Positions 22,257 to 31,841 of a stretch of 64,000 nt of DNA are shown here, piece after piece; positions within the stretch are counted from its first letter, which is position 1, and every line of letters begins with the position of its first letter. The DNA lies in contig OY729428.2 of NCBI GenBank assembly GCA_963422375.2, positions 160,001 to 224,000 on the forward strand, read 5' to 3'. Both the position numbers and the translations under genes were made by a program. The DNA is from Bryobacterales bacterium. Lineage in GTDB: Bacteria > Acidobacteriota > Terriglobia > Bryobacterales > UBA6623. Below the pieces are notes generated by a model. It did not search any database, was not told the origin of the DNA, and worked only from the letters and a program-made list of their open reading frames with translations.

Positions 22257-22585
22257 CCGGCTACGATGTCTCGACCGCGGCGGGCCTGGAGGACACGGCG
22301 GCCCGCATCCGGCACCACCTCGGCATGGAGAGCCTGCACCTGATCCACGCCAACGATTCGAAGACGCCGCTGGGCTCCAACAGCGACCGGCACGAATCCA
22401 TCGCGGACGGGCACATCGGCGCGAAGGCCTTCGCCCGGATCCTGGGGCACGCCGAGCTGGCGGACAAGCCCTTCATCCTCGAGACGCCCTTCATCGACGA
22501 GAGCCATCGCGAGAACGTGCGCAGGCTCCGCGCCCTGGCCGAGGGCCGGATCGCGGACCTGCGGGCCGACCAGGCCGGCAACTAG
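22244..22585 (+). pseudogene. nfo: Endonuclease IV, 3' portion only
   Basis: HCFAAGYD, IHANDSK, DRHESI..GHIG and ILETP motifs; the 5' part is replaced by the IS1380 remnant. Confidence 0.88.
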
Positions 22586-23268
22586 TCGTCGCCGCCGAGG
22601 AAGCCCGCGCGGAGCAGGAAGTAGACCAAGGTGAGAACGCTGCTGACGGCAGCCGCGACGTACGTCCAGGCTGCCGCGTTCAGCACCCTGTCCACGCCGA
22701 CGCGCTCGTAAGGGGCGACGATGCCGTACTTCACCACGAGGTCCTTCGCACGCCTCGTGGCATCGAACTCGACTGGCAAGGTGACAAGCTGGAAGGCAAC
22801 CGTCGCCGAGAAGAGCGCGATGCCGAGCGTAACCAAGCCGCCCATCGCGAATAGGAACCCGATCGTGAGCACGATCCAGCTCAGGCTCGAGCCGATGCTC
22901 GCCATAGGCACCATCGCCGAGCGCAGCTGCAGCGGGGCGTACCCGTTGGCATCCTGGATCGCGTGTCCGGCCTCGTGGCAGGCGACGCCGACCGCGGAGA
23001 TCGACCGCTGCTGATACACCTCGGGAGAGAGCGCAAGCATGCGCGTGCGTGGGTTGTAGTGGTCGGACAGGAATCCCTCCGTAATAGCTACTTCCACGCT
23101 GTACAGCCCAGCCTGATCGAGCATTATGCGCGCCGCCTCCGCCCCTGTCATGCGCGCCTTCACGTTCCCGTACTTCTTGAACGCTGACTTGGTGCGGGCA
23201 CCCGCCCAGAGCGAGAGCAGGAGGCCCGGAATCATGAAAGCCAAGTAGAGCGGGTCGAAGAACATCAT
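22582..23268 (-). CDS. Putative neutral zinc metallopeptidase (YugP / Zn_peptidase_2)
   Basis: LSDHYNP, HEAGHAIQD, TLPVEFDA, AAAWTYVAA; start taken at MMFFD. Confidence 0.9.
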   Translation of the reverse strand: MMFFDPLYLAFMIPGLLLSLWAGARTKSAFKKYGNVKARMTGAEAARIMLDQAGLYSVEVAITEGFLSDHYNPRTRMLALSPEVYQQRSISAVGVACHEAGHAIQDANGYAPLQLRSAMVPMASIGSSLSWIVLTIGFLFAMGGLVTLGIALFSATVAFQLVTLPVEFDATRRAKDLVVKYGIVAPYERVGVDRVLNAAAWTYVAAAVSSVLTLVYFLLRAGFLGGDD

Positions 23269-23384
23269 CGAATTCTGCCTCCAGCTAGCGGGCACGGGCT
23301 CCCGCCCGAGCCGACTCCCATCAGTTTAGTCCACCGCGTCCCGCATCGGCCCCGACGGCCCTCCGACCGCGCAGCACGACTCGC

Positions 23385-24197
23385 TCAGGGGACGGGCAGC
23401 GCGGACGCCGCGAGTTTCCTGTAGGCCTGCCGCACCGCGGGGAGGCGGGCCCCTCGCGCGTCGCCGAACGGCACGAGAGCGTCCGGCTCCGGCGGCTGCC
23501 TCACGCCCCCGGCTAGGATCCAATCGCGCGTCCGCGGGACGGGAGCCGCGGGGCTCACGGGCGAGTAAAGCCATCCGGCCGGCCGGCCGGCCGCGGCGAA
23601 CTTCGCCGCGATCGGCTGGATCTCGCCGTCCGGCAGGGACCCGAACGCCCGGAACCACGCCTCCGGGGCGGCATCGGCGATCAGCTGAACCAGCGGCATG
23701 CAGTCGACTCGCCCCAGCCAGTCCGCGTTCACGAGCAAGTCGGCCACCACGAAATCGTACGAGGTTCCCGCGCGCGCCAAGTAGTCCTCGGCATCGGCCA
23801 CGTGCAGGCGCAGCCGGCCGGCCCGCTCGTAGTGGCGCACCAGCGGGTGAAACTCCCGCGCCATGCCCGCCATGGCCGGATCCGCGTCCACCGCGTCCAT
23901 CTCCAAGCCCGCGAACTGGTGCAGCAAGCCGACCGTCCCGCAGCCCCCGCCGAATCCGAGCATCAGGCCGCGCCCGCCGGGGTGTCTCTGCCCCGCCAGC
24001 AGCCAAGCGAGCTGGTACCTCGTCTCCATCACGGGCCCGGGTCCGGCGGGCAGCGCCGGGTCCGCCCAGGCCGCGCCCGGTTGCAGCAGCGAGGCGCCCT
24101 GCAGCACGCCGCCGATCGTGAAGCGGCGCGCCTCGGCCGTGTCCACGACGCCCACGCGCCCGAACAGGCCCTCGCGTTCGAGCCTGACCGCGGGCAC
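23385..24197 (-). CDS. Spermidine-synthase-like SAM-dependent methyltransferase
   Basis: LMLGFGGG, VDADP, VADAEDY, YDFVVADL. Confidence 0.7.
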   Translation of the reverse strand: MPAVRLEREGLFGRVGVVDTAEARRFTIGGVLQGASLLQPGAAWADPALPAGPGPVMETRYQLAWLLAGQRHPGGRGLMLGFGGGCGTVGLLHQFAGLEMDAVDADPAMAGMAREFHPLVRHYERAGRLRLHVADAEDYLARAGTSYDFVVADLLVNADWLGRVDCMPLVQLIADAAPEAWFRAFGSLPDGEIQPIAAKFAAAGRPAGWLYSPVSPAAPVPRTRDWILAGGVRQPPEPDALVPFGDARGARLPAVRQAYRKLAASALPVP

Positions 24198-24202
24198 CGC
24201 GG

Positions 24203-24833
24203 TCAGCTCCGCTTCCCAGCGCGCACGGCCATCTCGAAGTGCTCGCCGAGGTAGACCCGCCGCACCTCGGGGTCGGCTTGCAGTTCCCGCGGCTGCCCGG
24301 CCCGGAAGACGGATCCGTTGTGGATGATCAGCGCCCGGTCGGTCACGGCCAGCGTCTCGCGGACGTTGTGGTCGGTGATCACTATGCCGATTCCCTCCCG
24401 ACTCAGTCTACCGAGGACGCCTTGCAGCTCGAGCACCTGCTTCGGGTCGATCCCGGAGAACGGCTCGTCCAGCAGCAGGAAGCTGGGCGACAGCACGAGC
24501 GAGCGCGCGATCTCGACGCGCCGGCGCTCGCCCCCCGAGAGCTGGTACCCCCGGCTGCCGCGCACCTTGTCCAGCCCGAGCAGGGCGATCAGGTCGTCCA
24601 GCCGCTCGCGGCGCTCCGCGCGGACCAAGGGCAGCGTCTGCAGGATCGCCAGGATGTTCTCGTCCGCGGTGAGCCTGCGGAAGACCGACGCCTCCTGCGG
24701 CAGGTAACTGATGCCCAGGCGGGCCCGCTGATACATCGGCGTGTCGGTGATGTCGCTGTCGTCGACGAACACCCTGCCCGCATCGGGGCGGACCAGACCC
24801 GCGATCATGTTGAACGAAGTCGTCTTCCCCGCC
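24203..24833 (-). pseudogene. lptB: LPS export ABC ATPase LptB, 5'-truncated inside Walker A
   Basis: AGKTTSF, YLPQEASVFRRL, LSGGERRRVEIAR, LLDEPF, ITDHNVRETL, VYLGE; the upstream GPNG is replaced by an IS end. Confidence 0.92.
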
Positions 24834-25710
24834 CAGCGGTTCTCAATTTGGCCGTCAAGGGGGTGCGTGAACGTTGTTTCGGAGGATAGAGGTGAATAAG
24901 TTGACCGAGAGGTTGCGCTCCTGAGGCCGCCCGCGGGAGCGTCGGACGGCGGGCAGGGCCGTGGTGCGGCCCGCGTCGCGGGTCCGCCGAGTGCCGAGCC
25001 CGCGGCCGGACGCACTCCGGCGGTAGCCGGCTGCGACGGTCGGCCGCTCGCCGGACGCTGCCGGCACGAAACTGCGCGGAGTCCAGGCCCCGGCTGCCCG
25101 GCCGCCTGGCAGCCCGGAGGCGCGCGTCCGGCGCGCACCGCCGCCAGCAGCGTCGGCCGGTCCGGGAAGCGGAACCAGCGCAGCGCGACCTGCAGCTCCC
25201 GGAACAGGGCGCGGCGCGTGACCGGCTGGCGCCGGCACTGCTGCCGCAGCGCGCAGACGCACTGCACCACGGCGTGGAGCGCGAAGGCGAACAGGTTCAG
25301 CACGGCCAGCACGCTGGCCAGCCCTTCCTTGCCGTGCCCGAAGTTGCGCTTGCAGTTGCGGCCGTGCCGCGCCAGGCAGTTGAAGCCCTCGTTCTCGATC
25401 TTCCAGCGCGCCCGGCCGGCCCGCGCGATCCGCTCCGCGTTGTCCGCGGTGACCGCGAGACCGGTGAAGAAGCTGCTGGCGCAGGTGCGCTTGCCGCCGC
25501 GTTCCACGGCGTACTCGATCCAAGTGCCCCGCAGGGCCTCGCGGCCCTTGCGCAGGGGCACCGCGGCCGTCCGGCGGAAACGGTGCCGCTCGCACCGCTG
25601 GCCCTTCCCGCGCCGCGGCAGCCAGCCGGTCGAGCGCACCGCGCCGCTCGCCCGCCGGCTCTCCAGCACCTCGTACAAGTGCTTGCGGGATCCGGGCTTG
25701 CATACCCGGA

Positions 25711-26602
25711 CCTGATTACCCACAAGACTCAGCCAAGGTTAGGAGGCGGTAAGGCATGGGCGGGGTGCGCACGGAGGCGTGGAGCAGGCGGGGGACCAGC
25801 ACCTCCAGATCGTAGCGGCGGTTGAAGCGGTAGCGGAACTCGGCGAGGTAGCGCGGCAGGTGCTTGCCGTCGAACGAATGGCAGGTTCCCGCCAGGGACT
25901 GCTTGACGTTCCCCAGCATCGTGTTGACCCGGACGAAGCGGGAATCCGCGCAGCTCCGCTTCCCGCCTCCGGTGACGGTCGGCACGTGCTCGCAGCCGGC
26001 GGCGCTGATCTGCACGGCGGCCACGAACGGCGTCTTGCCCGCCGCGCCGCGCCCGCGCTTGCCGCCGCTCCGCTCCCCGCCCCGGTAGGCGTCGTCCACC
26101 TGCACGATGCCGCCCGGCGGCACGCGCTCGTCGCGCTCCTTCATCACTTGCAAGAGCTTGTGCTTCATCTTCCAGGCGGTATTCCGGCTGACGCCCGGCT
26201 GACGCGCCAGTTCCAGCGACGAAACGCCGTGCTTGCCCTGCGTCAGCAGGTGGAGCGCCAGGAACCAAACGGTCAGCGGCAGCTTGGTGGCGGCGAAGAT
26301 CGTGCCGGCGACGAGGGAGGTCCGGCGGTGGCAGGCATGGCACTGCCGGAGCTTGCGGGAGCGGATGCGGCAGTGCCGCCGGGAGCCGCACTCCGGGCAG
26401 CGGAAGCCGTCCGGCCGGCGGGCGTTGAAGACGGCCTGCTCGCACTGCCCCTCGCTGCCGTAGCGCTGCAGGAACTTGCCCAGGCTGAGTCCCTTCTGGC
26501 ATTGCACGCGATTGCGTTTCATCAGCTATCCCCTTTCCTGTCAGAGGTTTCCGACCTCCTCCAGTATAGCATATCCTCGGCTGACGTTCGTTGGTAATCA
26601 GG
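25711..26602 (-). mobile_element. IS1595-family element, type B copy 3; nested, in-frame internal deletion
   Basis: Same ends as the other copies; 8-bp TSD TACCCGGA (25703-25710 / 26603-26610); ORF 25716-26522. Confidence 0.95.
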
Positions 26603-26674
26603 TACCCGGATGCAGTCCATGCCGGCCGCCGCGGCGGCCTCGCAGACCGGCTGGCAGCAGTGCAGGTCGTCGCC

Positions 26675-26733
26675 CGGCAGGACGGGGCGGCAGGACGGGG
26701 CGGCAGGACGGGGCGGCAGGACGGGGCGGCAGG
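26675..26733 (+). repeat. 13-bp tandem repeat (CGGCAGGACGGGG) x4.5 inside the ISNCY transposase
   Basis: Read directly from the sequence; frame preserved. Confidence 0.9.
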
Positions 26734-28334
26734 CCTGCAGCCAGGCGCCGCGAGCGGCGAGCCAGCGCTTGGCGGCGTTGCGCTCGCAGTCCCGCTTGCG
26801 CTCGTCCTCGCTCATGTCGGCGCGGGTCGCGGCCGCGTCCTGCTGCGGGCACGCGAACTCGGGCATCAGCGGCAGGACGGTGGCGTGGCCGTCGGCCACC
26901 GCGGTGGCCGCGACCATGGTGCGGAAGTGATGCGGCCGGCGCTCGCTGCCGACGCGCCGCACCGAGCACTGCGGGCAATGCACCCTGTCGGAGCGGTGGA
27001 ACCGGACGCCGTCCGGAGCCGCCGGCAGGCGCTCGTCGAGGCGCTGCAAGGGCGCGAGCGCGCCCCGCGCGGCCACGGTTTCGAGGCACGGCCGGCACAG
27101 CGGGTCGCACGCGGCCGGGTCGCGGTCGTCGAGCAAGTTGCGGATCCGCTTGTCGCAGGGGATGCGGCCCACGCCGCACAGGGTCCGGCAGTTGGAGCGG
27201 GAGCCGTCCCGCTCCATGCGCCGCTGGAACGCGAGCAACGACTCGCACCGGGTGCAGAAGCAGGCCGGGGCGCAACCGGCGGCGGCGCTGACCTCGTAGC
27301 GCTTGTTGCGACCCGCGCGCCGGTCGGGCCGGCCGGCGGCCGTCTCGCGGAAGGCGCTCAGCAGTGAGTCCAGAACATGGGGCATTCACCCTAGCTCACG
27401 CATTCCGCTAGCAAAAGTCAAGTGCCAGACTGCCTGCGACACCTTTCTCAGACACTCTGGAAATCCCCAAAGGCCCAAATTGAGAATCGCCGGCTGCGGA
27501 CCACTCGCTCGTCTTCGATGTGGTGCGCCGTTTCGCCCCGCCGCTTGGCATCGAACTGACGAAGCGGGAGAGGCGCTCAATCGAGACGGCGAAGGGCGTG
27601 GTCCGTCTGCTGCCGGTCTCCGAGCGGGCACGGCCGCTCTTCGCCAAGCGCGCGTCGCGGGCGGTCGCGACGTGGCTGGAGTGTCATTCGGCGACGCGAG
27701 CAGACCCGCCGCAGGCGGTGCTTTTCCCGGACTGCGAGGGCCACGGCGGACCCTCGGTCCGGGAGCGGCGACCGCGTTACGGCGATGACGACGCCCCCGA
27801 CGACGGCTCTGCTCCGGCTTCGGGCGCGACCACGGCCGACCGGATGCACACCGGAATTCTGCTCCAAGCCGGAGGCCAGACGGAAGCGCGGCCCCGACTT
27901 CCTGCGCCTGTCGATCGCTCTCTCGGCTCTGTATCCGCGTGGCAGCGAGGAGAAGCGTCCGCTCGGCGCCAAGCTGCTCGTGGTGCCGCGATGAGGCCGA
28001 CATCCGGTTAACCCGTACGTCAGACGGGTACGAAGCCTGACGAGGGAGTGCAGGGCATGGCAGATTCCGAATTGCTGAAGCGCATCCGCTCCGCCTGCAT
28101 GCCGGTGGATGAGGCGAGCACTCTGCCTGCCGCCCTTGTACAGCGACTCGTTCGACCGCTTGCCTCGTCCGTCAGGCGGTCGAGCACGTGCTGACGCTCG
28201 TGACACCGGACAGTGTCCGGTGCGTTGCGCCTGCTGAAGTCGGTTTCCCGAGGCGTGTTCACAGCGGTGTCGGCGAGCGAGCACGCGGAGATGGATTGCT
28301 CCGTTGATCGTCGGATAGACTAACAGGAGACTCT

Positions 28335-29177
28335 GTGAATTCAAGCCGGCCTCAGGACCTGCCCGAATTCGCCAAGCCACCCTTGGCGGAAGTTGCCCTG
28401 TCCCTTCAGTTCCGATCGCTGTCCAGCCTGACGACCGCTCACATCGGCCTGCTCTGGCGGAGGTATCGCGACCAGTTGCCGCTGATCGAAGAGCACCTGC
28501 CGCTGGCGCCAGCCTCGGAGAGCTTCGATCCGCCATCACTGCCACGGGTGGAGATCGCCTTTGAGGGCAAGCCACCTGCTCCGCGCGTCTGGTTCGTGAA
28601 TGAGGCAAAGACGGAACTCGTGCAGGTGCAGCAGGACCGCTTCATTCACAATTGGCGCAAGATCGGCCAAGTCGACACGTATCCGCGGTACGAACGAATC
28701 CGCGAGCGATTCCGACACGAAGTGTCAATGTTCGAGAAGTTTCTCGAGGACGAAGGTCTCGGCGAGCTGGAGGTCAACCAATGCGAGGTGGCGTACGTCA
28801 ACCATATCGAGCGCGCAGGAAGATGGGAGAACCATGGAGAGGTCGAGAAGATCCTGAGGAACTGGGCGCCGTTGCCAGCCGTTGCATTCCTGCCGGCCCC
28901 GGAGGACGCCGCGGTTCAGTGGCGGTATCGCATTCCGGGCTCTGATGGACCCGTCGGCAGATTGCACGTGACGGCCCAGCCCTCGTGGAGCACGGCTGAT
29001 GGGAGCCCAGGCTGGGTCATGAATCTGATGGCGCGGGGAGCCCCGATCGGAACTGGAATCGACGGGGCGTTCGAGTTCTTCGATCTGGGGCGAGAGTGGG
29101 TGGTGCGAGGGTTCGCAGATCTGACCACCGAGTCCATGCAACGCTGCTGGGAGAGAACGAATGCCCGGTCTGGTTAA
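28335..29177 (+). CDS. TIGR04255-family-like protein of unknown function
   Basis: FAKPPLAEVALSLQF, RVWF..LVQVQQDRFIHNW, YPRYE, YVNHI, F..LTT; AGGAG SD before the GTG. Confidence 0.82.
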   Translation: MNSSRPQDLPEFAKPPLAEVALSLQFRSLSSLTTAHIGLLWRRYRDQLPLIEEHLPLAPASESFDPPSLPRVEIAFEGKPPAPRVWFVNEAKTELVQVQQDRFIHNWRKIGQVDTYPRYERIRERFRHEVSMFEKFLEDEGLGELEVNQCEVAYVNHIERAGRWENHGEVEKILRNWAPLPAVAFLPAPEDAAVQWRYRIPGSDGPVGRLHVTAQPSWSTADGSPGWVMNLMARGAPIGTGIDGAFEFFDLGREWVVRGFADLTTESMQRCWERTNARSG

Positions 29178-29706
29178 TGCCGTTGACGCGGGTCCGGGGG
29201 TGCTGGCGGAGAGCTTGGTGCAACGTCGGTTGTCAACGACGGAGACAGTGGCAGCTGCAGGTGCCTTGGTCGCTCCGCTCGTCCGAACGATGTCGCAAGA
29301 ATCGCCTCGGCGGCCGATCCGAAGGATAGCGATTCGAGCGTCCAGGCGTGATCTGCCTGAAGGGCTTGTGCATGCTCTCGAGCGGGCCTGCGAACTGCAG
29401 CAGCTCCCGAGGGGTTGGAATTCGTACGGCGCCGAGCCGGTTTCGGATACTGCCTTCAGACGGGCAATCGAGTTTCTGACGGCATACGTGGTTCGAGGCA
29501 TCGCCGGTCCCGTGCTCGTGCCCACGGTGCGGGGCGGGCTGCAGATCGAATGGCACCGGAGGGGCGTGGACATCGAAGTCGAAATCAAGCCTGACGGATC
29601 GGTGTCGTGGTGTGCGGAAGACCGGCGGTCGGGTGAGGAGGTCGAAGCGGTCCTGACCGGTCACGAAGAAACGGTCCGAGAGTGGCTTAGAAGGGCCTCG
29701 GACTGA
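29161..29706 (+). CDS. Conserved hypothetical protein; true start may be ATG 29290
   Basis: Globular C-terminal part LQQLPRGWNSYGAEPV..PTVRGGLQIEW..IEVEIKPDG; overlaps the upstream stop. Confidence 0.72.
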   Translation: MPGLVNAVDAGPGVLAESLVQRRLSTTETVAAAGALVAPLVRTMSQESPRRPIRRIAIRASRRDLPEGLVHALERACELQQLPRGWNSYGAEPVSDTAFRRAIEFLTAYVVRGIAGPVLVPTVRGGLQIEWHRRGVDIEVEIKPDGSVSWCAEDRRSGEEVEAVLTGHEETVREWLRRASD

Positions 29707-29710
29707 GCTC

Positions 29711-30127
29711 ATGACCTCCGCGGAGGAGTGCCGGAGACAGTTTCCCGACGATCCGCAGATCCTTGATAACGTTCGTCTTCTGCGGAGAGTCCCGCCGTGG
29801 CATTTCGTTCGTGACGACAACGACGGCTGTATCCGGCCTTCGTCGGCGGCGTTCATGGACGACCGCGACGGAGATCCCATGTCCGTCTACCGCCAGGACG
29901 TCATAGAGAGGGACGGCGGGGAGCCGGGGCGGGTGCTGGCGAATCACAGGGGCTTCGGCCTAGTGTCGATCTTGGCCAGCCAAGTGCGTTCCAAAAACCA
30001 GACAGTCCACTCGGATCCTGTTCCGGAGGAGTCGTCGCACGCCAAGGTCTGCGGGCCGAAGCCGAGATCCACGCGGAGGTGGCTCGTCCGCCGCGCCGAG
30101 TGGGTATTCGCGCCACGGCGTGCTTAG
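29711..30127 (+). CDS. Small hypothetical protein, ADP-ribosyltransferase-like motif layout
   Basis: LLRRV..PSSAAF..MSVY..DPVPEESSHAKV; starts 4 nt after the upstream stop. Confidence 0.7.
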   Translation: MTSAEECRRQFPDDPQILDNVRLLRRVPPWHFVRDDNDGCIRPSSAAFMDDRDGDPMSVYRQDVIERDGGEPGRVLANHRGFGLVSILASQVRSKNQTVHSDPVPEESSHAKVCGPKPRSTRRWLVRRAEWVFAPRRA

Positions 30128-30870
30128 GAGTCTCGCCGAAACAACCTGTCCGCTTCCTCGTTTCTCCGGTATACACGGCGCCACGACCGGGATGACACAA
30201 GCGGTGCAGGGAAAGTTCAATGTGTTGAGACCGCTGTTGGACGAGCGCACTCGCTGCCTCTGGGCCGCGGCGGAAGCCCGCGCCATTGGACGCGGGGGCA
30301 TTCCATGGGTCGCCAAGACAACCGGCATGTCGTGCGCCACGATCCGGGCCGACTTGCGGGAACAGCATGCGTCCTCGCCACAGGAGTCGCGGGCGGGCAT
30401 TGCGCAGGTGGGCACCCTAGGCGGCGGTCGACAGGCGCCGGCGGATCGCGATCCGGGTCTGGTGAGGGCATTGGAGGTGCTGCTCGACCGGTTCCCGCGG
30501 GCGACCCTCAGGGTCCGCTGCTCTGGACGTGCAGCAGCGCGGCGCGCTGGGCGGAGCAGTTGGGACCTGCAGGACATCGGGTCAGCGAGCGCGCGGTGAA
30601 TCGGCTGCTGCACGAGTTGGGCTACCGCTTGCAGGCCAGCCGTAATACGCTCAAAGGCCGCCGGCATCCGGACCGGACCGGAATGCACGATTCCGGCGCA
30701 TCGCCCGGCGGGCGCGGGCGTTGCAACGCTTGGGCCAGCCGGCGGCCTCGATCAACACGAAGAAGAAGGCGTGGGGCGACCGATGCCGCACCGGCGGCCG
30801 GGAACGGGTTCTACCGATCCCGCCTAGGGCCGCTAGCCGGCACAATTCATCAAGCCATGGATTCGGGCGT
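30125..30870 (+). mobile_element. ISAzo13-family transposase remnant (frameshifted, truncated)
   Basis: LDERTRCLWAAAEARAIGRGG, GGGR, GDPQGPLLWT, LLHELGYRLQ, HPDR, INTKKK across frames; boundaries approximate. Confidence 0.85.
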
Positions 30871-30904
30871 TCGCCCGCCCGACTCGCAGCACCCGCCCGT
30901 CCGG

Positions 30905-31680
30905 GCTGGCATCACCGACCAGCGGAAGCACTGAATCCGGCCATCCTTTCCCGTCGCGCCCAATAGCATCCCGCTGGAGATGGATTCCTGCCGTCAGACC
31001 TCATGCGCGCATTGACCGGGCTAGTCGCGCAGAACCCAGATCGGCGAGGACCACGCGATCTCTGCGTTCGCCTGGACCGCCCGCAGGTAGTAGAAGCTCT
31101 CGCCATCCAAGGGCTCCTGATCGGAGTATTCGAAGTCGTGATCCGGGCTGCCCGGTGTGGCGATATAGACGACTTCGTTGTTCCGCACCAGCGCCACTTG
31201 CCGCAGCGTGTCCGTGCCGAGAATCCTCGGCCGGATCGCCGGCACCTCCGCTCCGACGCGGATCTCGTCGCCCATGAAGGCCTCCCCGAGGCGGAACTCT
31301 ATGATGATGTTGTCTGTCCCCGCGCAGGCGTGCCGCCGGCGGATGGCGGCCGCCACGCCCTCGCACGTGGCGCTCTCCGCGTACACCGTGGCGTACGACA
31401 TGTCCGTGGAGAGGTGGTCCGAGCTCGCTGATTGGCACGAGCCGAAGATCCTTGGCCCAAGCGGCCGCGACCATGCCGTCGGGGTGGATTTCCTCCAGCA
31501 TGGCCGAGCCGGCCGAGAGACAGCCACCCGTCGTCCGTGAACGGGCAGCCGACGCATTCGCAGCGGTGGCGGTCACCCTGGAAGATCTCGACCACGGGCT
31601 CGAGCTCGGGGTCGCTGTCGCGCCAGTGGTCGCCCGTGGTCGTCGCGGACGTGTCCTAAATCGCGAGCCCGCCGGTGCAA
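30905..31680 (-). pseudogene. Decayed partial tandem duplicate of the 3' end and downstream flank of the 31842-34487 gene
   Basis: Near-identical to about 31725-32500, with substitutions, frameshifts and a stop. Confidence 0.9.
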
Positions 31681-31841
31681 CGCGCCTGCCCGACGGGCGC
31701 GACGCGCGGCGCCGGACTGACCGGGCTAGCATCGCCGACGAGCTGAAGGCCTGAATCCGGCCCTCCTTTCCCGTGGCGCCCCAATTGCATCCCGGCGAGG
31801 ATGGATTCCCGCCGTCAGACCTCATTCGCGAATCGACCGGA

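Larger units (their letters stand above)
24834..27492 (-). mobile_element. ISNCY-type element; transposase about 25050-27385 split by a nested IS1595
   Basis: Imperfect 18-bp TIRs CAGCGGTTCTCAATTTGG (24834) / CCAAATTGAGAATCGCCG (27475-27492); the transposase rejoins as ..DDLHCCQP..CIRV|CKPGSRKHLY..RARWKIENEGFN..HG. Confidence 0.85.

Noticed and set aside
24203..25723. Novel 506-aa transposase-ABC ATPase fusion protein
   Set aside because: Accidental read-through across an IS end; it starts inside another IS terminus and Walker A is broken
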